DNA from: Candidatus Cryptobacteroides sp.
GTDB taxonomy: Bacteria; Bacteroidota; Bacteroidia; Bacteroidales; UBA932
Reading direction: 5' to 3'
Length of the DNA: 64,000 nucleotides
Assembly: GCA_045599665.1 (NCBI GenBank)
Contig: JAZRWK010000001.1
Coordinates: 225 to 64,224, forward strand
Shown here: piece after piece, positions 45,119-55,196 of the stretch
Numbering within the stretch: position 1 is the stretch's first letter
Layout: every line of letters starts with the position of its first letter
Program-made: the position numbers and the translations under genes
The notes under the pieces: generated by a model
What the model was told of the DNA's origin: nothing
The model's database searches: none
What the model saw: the letters and a program-made list of their open reading frames with translations, nothing else

Positions 45119-46486
45119 ATGGCAGTGACAAAGGAAAAGACAGTATGGTTCTGCAGCAACTGCGGAAACGAATACTCCAAGTGGATGGGCAAGTGCCCTG
45201 CCTGCGGGGAGTGGAATACTATGGTGGAGAAGACGGTGGCGACGGGAAAACCTAAGCACAATGCCGTGGCGACAGCGGCCTCCCAGGGCCGTGTACCCCA
45301 GAAACTCAATGAGATCGGCTCTGCGCAGGAGAACCGCTTCTCTCTGGGAATGAGTGAGCTTGACCGCCTCCTCGGCGGCGGCCTTGTCGAAGGATCCCTC
45401 GTGCTTATCGGCGGCGAACCTGGAATCGGAAAGTCGACCCTTTCGCTCCAGATACCTCTCGGATGCAATCTCAGGACCCTGTATGTGTCGGGAGAGGAAA
45501 GCCCGAGACAGGTCAAGATGAGGGCAGACAGGCTCGGAGGCGACAACGGCAACTGCGAGATCTACAGCGAGACCCTGATGGAGAACATCATCGCCCAGGC
45601 CCAGGAGATGAGGCCTCAGCTTGTGATCGTCGACTCGGTCCAGACCATGTACTCCCAGAACGTCGATTCCTCTGCCGGATCAGTCTCTCAGATCAAGGAA
45701 GTCACATCAATGCTCCTCCATTTCGCGAAGTCCAGCGGCATACCTGTGATCCTTATCGGTCACATCACCAAGGACGGCTACATCGCCGGTCCTAAGATTC
45801 TTGAACACATAGTCGATGTCGTGCTCCAGTTCGAGGGCGACGACAAAGGCTCATACAGAATACTCCGAAGCATAAAGAACCGTTTCGGCTCGACTTCCGA
45901 GCTCGCGGTCTTCGAGATGACAGGTACCGGACTCCGCGAGGTGACCAATCCTTCGGAGATGCTTATGCCTATGCACGAACAGGGCCTCAGCGGCACTGCC
46001 ATCGCTGTCATGCTCGACGGTCTGCGTCCGTTCCTCTTCGAAGTCCAGGCCCTTGTCAGCACCGCTGCCTATGGTACCGCACAGCGCAGCGCCACAGGTT
46101 TCGACGTCCGCAGACTCAACATGCTGCTTGCCGTCCTCGAGAAGAGGGCCGGCTTCAAGCTCACCATGAAGGATGTCTTCCTCAACATGGCCGGCGGCCT
46201 GAGGATCACCGAACCTGCCTGCGACCTGGCGGTCGTTGCTGCCGTCCTTTCTTCGACCTTCGACTTTGCCCCGCCGTCTGACATCTGCTTCGCAGGCGAG
46301 GTCGGTCTGAGCGGCGAAATCCGTCCTGTAAGCCAGATGGACCGCAGGATCATGGAGGCAGAAAGGCTTGGTTTCAGGAAGATCTTCGTCTCGAAGTATG
46401 CGTCCCTGGACAAGAGCTTAGCCGGCTCGATAGAGGTCGTGAAGGTCGCTGACATTCCTGCGCTCGTAAAGTCAATTTTCAGATAG
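45119..46486 (+). CDS. radA: DNA repair protein RadA/Sms
   Basis: Zinc finger CSNCGNEYSKWMGKCPACGEW, Walker A GGEPGIGKST, KNRFG motif and Lon-like C-terminus. Confidence 0.93.
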   Translation: MAVTKEKTVWFCSNCGNEYSKWMGKCPACGEWNTMVEKTVATGKPKHNAVATAASQGRVPQKLNEIGSAQENRFSLGMSELDRLLGGGLVEGSLVLIGGEPGIGKSTLSLQIPLGCNLRTLYVSGEESPRQVKMRADRLGGDNGNCEIYSETLMENIIAQAQEMRPQLVIVDSVQTMYSQNVDSSAGSVSQIKEVTSMLLHFAKSSGIPVILIGHITKDGYIAGPKILEHIVDVVLQFEGDDKGSYRILRSIKNRFGSTSELAVFEMTGTGLREVTNPSEMLMPMHEQGLSGTAIAVMLDGLRPFLFEVQALVSTAAYGTAQRSATGFDVRRLNMLLAVLEKRAGFKLTMKDVFLNMAGGLRITEPACDLAVVAAVLSSTFDFAPPSDICFAGEVGLSGEIRPVSQMDRRIMEAERLGFRKIFVSKYASLDKSLAGSIEVVKVADIPALVKSIFR

Positions 46487-46488
46487 CC

Positions 46489-48000
46489 ATGAGATTCCTT
46501 ACTGCTTTCCTTATTGCCATACTGATGGCTTTCCCTATGGGCGCTCAGCCTGCCAGACAGACTGAGGCTCAGGACTATATCAAAGCTATCATGGCGAGCG
46601 AGCCGTTGCACTCAGCGCAACTTGGCGTCAAGGCGATGAAGGTCAGCGGGGAAGTGGTGGCGGACTACGAGAGCTACAGGAAACTTGTGCCGGCTTCTAA
46701 CGTGAAGCTTCTCACGAGTGGTACTGCGATGAACGAACTTGGCGACGATTTCCAGTTCGAGACAGCGCTCGCATACAATGGGACGATAGAAGAAGGTACC
46801 CTCAAGGGCGATCTCTATATAGTCGGAGGAGGCGATCCGACCCTTGCCTCGAAGGACTCCATCGCAGTGACAGTCGAGTCCCTTTTCTCGCAGTGGAGAG
46901 CTATGCTCTCAAAGGCGGGAATCAGGAAGATCGAAGGTAACATAGTCGGTGACGGAAGATATTTCGACGGCGAGAAGGAACTCTCGTCATGGCTATACGA
47001 GGACATCGGCACTTACTACGGTACCGGAGCCGACGGCCTGTGCTTCTATCGCAACATACAGGACTTCAACGTCTCACCTGGCCCCAGCGTGGGATCTCCG
47101 ATAAAGGTCGCTCCGAACTATCCGAAGGTGCCATGGATGCAGTTCACCTACAACTGCTCGACAGGTATCAAGGGCAGCGGAGACAAACTCTATCTCTATA
47201 CTACCGACGTCGCTCCGGTGGCTGAGCTCAGAGGCACCTTCGCGGTCGACAGAAAGACCAAGAGGCTCGAGGCAAGCAACAAGTTCGGCGCATATACCTG
47301 CGCGTGGATGTTCAGAGAGAATCTTGTCGCCAATGGTGTCCCGGTCAGTGGAAATGCTGCAGATATTGATGCGCTAGGCAGACTGCGCACGTCTCTCAAT
47401 CCAATGACTGTCAGCGTCAAAGCCCTGGGACAGAGTTCTCTCAAGGTAATAGGTGCCACCCAGTCTCCGGCTCTTCGAAGAATTGCATACATAACCAACC
47501 AGCGCAGTGACAATTTCTACGCTGAGGCTATGTTCAGAATGCTCGGAAAGAACAAGAAAGCTTCGGCGGACTATGCCAAGTGCGCGGTGGCTGCGACAGA
47601 TGCTCTGAGAAGACTGGGTCTCGACACGGAAAACGGCGTTTCCATTGTGGACGGAAGCGGTCTTTCAAGGAAGAACCTTGTCTCTCCGGCCTTTTTCTGT
47701 GATTTCCTGAAGGCGATGCTCAGCACACATGTGCGCGAGCCGTTCGTGAACTCGCTCCCGCAGCCAGGAAAAGGCACACAGGCAAGCAGGATGCAGGGGG
47801 AGGCAGCTGCTTCAAGGGTATATTACAAGAGCGGTTCCATGGAGGGAGTGCGCTGTTACTCAGGCTATGTCATTCCTTCTGACGGCGGAAAGGAAGACAC
47901 CATAGTCTTCTCGATCATGGTGAACAATTACACCGGTCCCAGCTACAAGATAATGAGCCAGATTGATAAGTTGATCGCGCTTATCGCGAAGGAGAATTAG
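46489..48000 (+). CDS. dacB: D-alanyl-D-alanine carboxypeptidase/endopeptidase (PBP4, peptidase S13)
   Basis: SxxK (ASNVK), DGSGLS and KSGSM motifs. Signal peptide. Confidence 0.85.
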   Translation: MRFLTAFLIAILMAFPMGAQPARQTEAQDYIKAIMASEPLHSAQLGVKAMKVSGEVVADYESYRKLVPASNVKLLTSGTAMNELGDDFQFETALAYNGTIEEGTLKGDLYIVGGGDPTLASKDSIAVTVESLFSQWRAMLSKAGIRKIEGNIVGDGRYFDGEKELSSWLYEDIGTYYGTGADGLCFYRNIQDFNVSPGPSVGSPIKVAPNYPKVPWMQFTYNCSTGIKGSGDKLYLYTTDVAPVAELRGTFAVDRKTKRLEASNKFGAYTCAWMFRENLVANGVPVSGNAADIDALGRLRTSLNPMTVSVKALGQSSLKVIGATQSPALRRIAYITNQRSDNFYAEAMFRMLGKNKKASADYAKCAVAATDALRRLGLDTENGVSIVDGSGLSRKNLVSPAFFCDFLKAMLSTHVREPFVNSLPQPGKGTQASRMQGEAAASRVYYKSGSMEGVRCYSGYVIPSDGGKEDTIVFSIMVNNYTGPSYKIMSQIDKLIALIAKEN

Positions 48001-48038
48001 CTGCCGCCGCTAGCCTCAGAGCTTTGCTCCGGCAGTCA

Positions 48039-48776
48039 TTACCTCGCACCGGCCTTCCTGATGATTTCTGCAAGCCATTCTGGCTTGTCGTAAAGACCCT
48101 TTTCCTGATAAGGTCTGCGGTCTTCCACCCAGCTTTCATTCACAAATACAGAATCGGCCCTGTCGGTGTAGAGTACTCCGTCGAGGTGGTCGCATTCGTG
48201 CTGGAAGATTATGGCTGTGTAGCCGCTGATGTGTTCGGTCTCTGTCTTCAGAGTCTCCGGGTTCTTGTATGAGATGACTACATCGCTGTATCTTGGAACA
48301 TTTCCGCGCAAAGGTGCGACAGAAAGGCAGCCTTCAGGGCCGAGGCTTACTTCGCCATAGAGGGAATCGATGTGGATGTTAGGGTAGACTTCGTATGGCT
48401 CATCCGCCTTGTCCATCCTGCAGACCACTACCACCCTGTGGTTGATGCCGACCTGGGGGCCTGCGATGCCGACTCCGCCCTGCTGGTCTGACTGCACGGT
48501 TGCGAGCATCTTCCTTGCGAGAGTGATGAATTCCTTCGATCCGAGCTCCCTGTCGGTGAAGTCCGTGCATTTCTTTCTCAGCACCAGCGAATCCTCGCGG
48601 TCTGCCACGTCCAGCACGTACATGACTTCTCCCGATTGGCGGATTATTTTCTTCTCGAGCGGCGACATGAGGCTGGCGCCCTTCCCCGGGATGAGCAGGT
48701 AAAGAGTGAATCCGACGATTATGACTATGAACAGTATCCCCGAAAGGAGGTTGTTATGTGAAGGTTTCTGCTGCAT
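48039..48776 (-). CDS. def: Peptide deformylase paralog with N-terminal transmembrane segment
   Basis: All three Def motifs are present: GVGIAGPQVG, EGCLSV and QHECDHLDG. They are preceded by the hydrophobic helix LLSGILFIVIIVGFTLYLLIP. The start is taken at the ATG at 48776 because the ORF-track start at 48866 is GTG. Confidence 0.75.
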   Translation of the reverse strand: MQQKPSHNNLLSGILFIVIIVGFTLYLLIPGKGASLMSPLEKKIIRQSGEVMYVLDVADREDSLVLRKKCTDFTDRELGSKEFITLARKMLATVQSDQQGGVGIAGPQVGINHRVVVVCRMDKADEPYEVYPNIHIDSLYGEVSLGPEGCLSVAPLRGNVPRYSDVVISYKNPETLKTETEHISGYTAIIFQHECDHLDGVLYTDRADSVFVNESWVEDRRPYQEKGLYDKPEWLAEIIRKAGAR

Positions 48777-48881
48777 TGATTGATTTTTGAACGTGGCGAT
48801 AAAGATACGATAAATTTCGGGGGATATGTATATGCTATGAGTCAGCATCTGATAATGAACTGGCACATCCCCGTGTTCAAA

Positions 48882-48957
48882 CTACCATGGACCTGAAAAA
48901 CTACCATGGACCTGAAAAACTACCATGAACCCGAAAAACTACCATGAACCCGAAAAA
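48882..48957. repeat. 19-nt tandem repeat x4 (CTACCATGGACCTGAAAAA x2, CTACCATGAACCCGAAAAA x2)
   Basis: Units at 48882, 48901, 48920 and 48939. Confidence 0.9.
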
Positions 48958-49016
48958 CATCTGCCACACGAATTGCCGTTCTGTGGCCTGTATTGAGGTT
49001 TTGTGTGGCAGATCTC
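48957..49016. repeat. Hairpin element 1: 11-bp inverted repeat ATCTGCCACAC / GTGTGGCAGAT around a 33-nt loop
   Basis: Arms at 48959-48969 and 49003-49013, perfectly complementary. Confidence 0.85.
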
Positions 49017-49028
49017 AGGATTTTGACG

Positions 49029-49088
49029 ACATCTGCCACGTTGATAGGCCTCTCAGGGCCTTCCAGACCAGTTCTGTGTGGCAGATGA
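49029..49088. repeat. Hairpin element 2: 10-bp inverted repeat CATCTGCCAC / GTGGCAGATG around a 38-nt loop with inner hairpin AGGCC-TCTCAG-GGCCT
   Basis: Arms at 49030-49039 and 49078-49087. It is a direct copy of the element-1 architecture, 72 nt downstream. Confidence 0.85.
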
Positions 49089-49133
49089 AAGTTGGGTTGC
49101 CAGCCCGCTGCCTTTCCACCGGAGTGCGGATCG

Positions 49134-49177
49134 CAAAACAGCGATACAATTCCACATTGCATGGAACTGTATCGCTG
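49134..49177 (-). terminator. Intrinsic terminator of the 92-aa gene
   Basis: 15-bp stem (14/15 paired) CAGCGATACAGTTCC / GGAATTGTATCGCTG on the minus strand, followed by TTTTG. Confidence 0.6.
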
Positions 49178-49202
49178 TCATGGATGTATAGGATGTTTCC
49201 TG

Positions 49203-49481
49203 TTACTTCTTGCTGATCACGATTGAGCTGAGCTTCTCGTAGAGAGCGTCGACCTTCTCGCACATCTCCTTGCGGAGACCTGCATAGTAAGCGGCCTTCT
49301 TGCCTTCTACAGACTCGTTAGCTGCGTCCTTCATGTTGTTGTAGAGGTCGATGGCCTCCTCGATGACAGCAGCGACTTCGTCAGAAGCCTTATTAGGATT
49401 GATGGCGAGGAAGAGAGTGCAATCGTCTACGAATTCGCCTACAAGGTATTCAACGTCTTTCTTGAAATCTCTGAGATTCAT
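49203..49481 (-). CDS. Hypothetical small helical protein (92 aa)
   Basis: Clean ORF with an ATG start, coding-like composition and its own terminator. No recognisable motif. Confidence 0.5.
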   Translation of the reverse strand: MNLRDFKKDVEYLVGEFVDDCTLFLAINPNKASDEVAAVIEEAIDLYNNMKDAANESVEGKKAAYYAGLRKEMCEKVDALYEKLSSIVISKK

Positions 49482-49549
49482 ATTGTGGTGTTTTAAATGT
49501 TGCTCTAAGATAGGGATTTTTCTAAAGAAACCAAAGGTTGATGAAGAAA

Positions 49550-50425
49550 TCAGTCAAAAATTCTTCGTGCGAAAAGGAATCTGTCGAAATTCTCGTAGTA
49601 GTCCGGGTCTCCTTCGTGGATCGAGTTCACCCTGACGATCTGTGATGCGTGCACCATGCGGCCCTCGCCGATATAGATTCCGACATGGCTTACCCTTCCG
49701 GTTTCATGGTTCCCGAAGAATAGCAGGTCTCCCGCCTCAAGTTCAGCCAGGTCCACGGGCTTTCCCAGTTTCGCCTGCTGAGAGGCATTTCGTGGCAGTG
49801 TACGGCCGTTCATCAGGGCCGCGTAGCTTGTCAGTCCGCTGCAGTCGAAACCCTTGGGGGAGTTGCCACCCCATAGGTACGGGACTCCTACGTATTTCAG
49901 AGCCTCTTCGACGACGGCCGCTCCGGTGCAGGCCTTGCCCGATGTCCATGCTGCCTCGCTCACGAGGTCCTTCTTAGATACCCAGCCGTGGCGTCCTCCG
50001 GGCGTCGAGACGGGAACCATGCCGTGGCGCGCGGTACCATGGTCCTTGACAACCACGTCGCCCCTGACAAGGTCGCTGACTGGGCGGGATTTCCTGTCCG
50101 GGCTGCTGTAGATGACGGAGGTTCTGGCGGTGCATACGGCCTTGTCGGCATTGGAGTATGTGGCTTCTGAATTTTTATCGAACTGTCTGACTGCCATTGA
50201 ATTGACCCACGCCTTGTATCCGTCCGGCGTGACGACCTGGAGCCAGTAGCTCTCGCTGCCTAGGATCTCGACGAGCGTTCCCATCAGCGCCTGGGTACCC
50301 ATCTCGGCGGCATAGTCGGGCTCTTCACGCAGATTGGCGACGGAGATGTCGACCACGCCCCTTGTCTGGGCGAGGGCAGAGAGTGATATTGTGATGAGGC
50401 CTATGGCCAGTATCAGTTTCTTCAT
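49550..50425 (-). CDS. NlpC/P60-family cell-wall hydrolase with N-terminal SH3-like domains
   Basis: Signal peptide MKKLILAIGLITISLSALA. Catalytic DCSGLTSY (Cys) and HVGIYIGEG (His). I use the ATG at 50425. Confidence 0.85.
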   Translation of the reverse strand: MKKLILAIGLITISLSALAQTRGVVDISVANLREEPDYAAEMGTQALMGTLVEILGSESYWLQVVTPDGYKAWVNSMAVRQFDKNSEATYSNADKAVCTARTSVIYSSPDRKSRPVSDLVRGDVVVKDHGTARHGMVPVSTPGGRHGWVSKKDLVSEAAWTSGKACTGAAVVEEALKYVGVPYLWGGNSPKGFDCSGLTSYAALMNGRTLPRNASQQAKLGKPVDLAELEAGDLLFFGNHETGRVSHVGIYIGEGRMVHASQIVRVNSIHEGDPDYYENFDRFLFARRIFD

Positions 50426-50459
50426 TGCTTTGTGTGTTATCGTGTCTGTGCCGGATGGC

Positions 50460-52977
<2,518 letters not shown>

Positions 52978-53823
52978 TTGAAAAAGGGTCTCGCCATATT
53001 GGCAACGGCGCTGGCGCTGGTCTCATGCAACCTTGTTACTTCATTGGTGCATGAGGGCGAGCTCGTAGCCAAGGCGGGATCCCATGAGCTTTATTCTACA
53101 GAGCTCGAGTCATATATCCCTAAAGGTCTGTCATCGGAAGACAGCACTTCGTTCGCCCAGCAGTATATCAACACCTGGGCTATGGAGCGTCTCTATGAGG
53201 ATATGGCCAACAGGGAACTCAGTAAGTCTGACCTTGATGTGACCAAGGAACTGGAAGACTACAGGCGATCTCTGCTCAAGTACAGGTATGAGCAGTCCTA
53301 TGTCAACCAGAGACTTGACACCGCTATCTCTGAAAGCCAGATCAGCGGCTACTTCAAGTCACATCAGGACCAGCTGAAACTTAATCTTCCTATCCTCAAG
53401 GCTCGTTATGTGACGGTACTGAAGGATTCTCCGAATCTTTCCAAGATCAGGAAGGAACTTTCAGTGGATGATTCACAGATGATGGCTGCCGACAGCGTCC
53501 TGTTCATGTCGACCCTCAGGAATACTGATTTCGGAGGCAGCTGGATCGAGGCACCTGTCCTTGCCCGTGAATTCGGAACCGACTATGTCACAGCTCTTTC
53601 CTCTATGAGAGGAGGCTACATTGAGACCACCGATGAAGCCGGCAACCACAATATCGCGTATGTCTATGAGCTGATCAAGGCCGGCGAGGTTGGCCCGGAG
53701 GAGTTCTATAGGGAGAGAATTAAAGATATTATCCTTGGCTCAAGAAAGCAGACCCTGCTTAACAATTTGGAACGGGACTTGCTTGAAGAAGCGCGTGAAC
53801 AAGGAAATTATGTGATTTACTAA
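52978..53823 (+). CDS. Lipoprotein with SurA-N/PpiD-like chaperone domain (TTG start)
   Basis: A TTG immediately after the guaB stop opens MKKGLAILATALALVSC (lipobox). There is no in-frame ATG nearby. The sequence resembles the N-terminal chaperone region of SurA/PpiD. Confidence 0.65.
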   Translation: MKKGLAILATALALVSCNLVTSLVHEGELVAKAGSHELYSTELESYIPKGLSSEDSTSFAQQYINTWAMERLYEDMANRELSKSDLDVTKELEDYRRSLLKYRYEQSYVNQRLDTAISESQISGYFKSHQDQLKLNLPILKARYVTVLKDSPNLSKIRKELSVDDSQMMAADSVLFMSTLRNTDFGGSWIEAPVLAREFGTDYVTALSSMRGGYIETTDEAGNHNIAYVYELIKAGEVGPEEFYRERIKDIILGSRKQTLLNNLERDLLEEAREQGNYVIY

Positions 53824-55196
53824 TGATGAAGAAATTTCTGACAATAGCGGCCATGTTCCTCATGGCTCTTACAGCAAGCGCACAGAGATATCCGGACGGA
53901 CTTATCGACAAGACTGTCGCTGTCATCGGTAACGAGATGATTACGATCAGTACTCTCGAGCAGGAGATCCAGTATATGAGATCCCAGGGTATAGCGTCTG
54001 ATGCAAACATGAGATGTAATATCCTCGAGAGCGTCCTTGAGTCGAAGCTTTTCCTCATGCAGGCAAGAATCGACTCCTTGACTGTCAACAACGATATGGT
54101 TTCGCAGAGCGTCACCCAGCGCGTCGATCAGGCAAAGACGACTCTCGGAGGCGATGAGGAAGTGGAGAAGTACTTCGGAAAGAGCATCTACAAGCTCCGT
54201 CAGGAGTGGACCAGACAGCTTGAGGAGAACAACCTTACCCAGCAGATGCAGCAGGAGATCGCAGGAAGGATTCCTGAGACAACTCCTTACGATGTGAAAG
54301 TCTACCTCGCGCAGACTGATCCGGAGGATCTCCCTATGGTCCCAGTCCGCTATCAGCTCAGTCAGATCGGTATCTATCCTGACCGTGAGGCTGCGAACCT
54401 TGCAGTAAAGGAGAAGCTCCTCGCTATCCGTGAGAGAATCATCAATGGCGAGAGATTCGCGACTCTGGCACGTATCTACTCTGAGGATCCAGGCAGCGCA
54501 AGGAAGGGCGGCGAACTCGGTATGGCATCAAAGTCTATCTTCTGGCCAGTGTTCTCAGACGCGGCCATGTCGCTCAAGCCAGGAGTCATCTCACAGATCG
54601 TAGAGACCCCTGACGGCTTCCATCTTATCGAAGTCCTTGAGAAGAAGGGTGACATGTTCAACGCCAGACACATCCTCATGAAGCCGGAGTATACGGTGGA
54701 TGACCGTGAGAAAGCATTCCATACGCTTGACAGCCTTCGTCACCAGATCATGGTAGATTCTCTTTCCTTCACTCAGGCGGCTCGTTTCTTCTCTGAGGAT
54801 CCTTCGACAAGGACCAATGGTGGTCAGATGGCTGACCCTAACACCGGATCGTCGTACTTCGAGATCGACCAGCTGAAGCCTCAGGACTACAACGCGATCA
54901 AGGATCTCCAGGAAGGTGAGATCTCAGATTCATTCGAGTCTCTTGACAATGAAGGCAGAAGTGGAAACACCATATACAAGATAGTGAAGGTCGACAAGAT
55001 CATCCCGTCGCATCCGGCTTCCTTCGAGCATGATTACAGTCTGCTTGCCGATGAGGCCCGGGCAAAGGCTGCCATGGATGAGATTGACAAGTTCCTGGAG
55101 GAGAAGATTGCTTCTACCCATATCACCATCGACCCTCTCTACAAGGACTGTGACTTCGTACGTGAGTCCTGGAAGACTAAGGTTATAAAGGAGTAA
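53823..55196 (+). CDS. surA: Peptidyl-prolyl isomerase SurA-like (two parvulin domains)
   Basis: Signal peptide. Two parvulin signatures: YSEDPGSARKGGELG and FSEDPSTRTNGGQM. Confidence 0.85.
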   Translation: MMKKFLTIAAMFLMALTASAQRYPDGLIDKTVAVIGNEMITISTLEQEIQYMRSQGIASDANMRCNILESVLESKLFLMQARIDSLTVNNDMVSQSVTQRVDQAKTTLGGDEEVEKYFGKSIYKLRQEWTRQLEENNLTQQMQQEIAGRIPETTPYDVKVYLAQTDPEDLPMVPVRYQLSQIGIYPDREAANLAVKEKLLAIRERIINGERFATLARIYSEDPGSARKGGELGMASKSIFWPVFSDAAMSLKPGVISQIVETPDGFHLIEVLEKKGDMFNARHILMKPEYTVDDREKAFHTLDSLRHQIMVDSLSFTQAARFFSEDPSTRTNGGQMADPNTGSSYFEIDQLKPQDYNAIKDLQEGEISDSFESLDNEGRSGNTIYKIVKVDKIIPSHPASFEHDYSLLADEARAKAAMDEIDKFLEEKIASTHITIDPLYKDCDFVRESWKTKVIKE

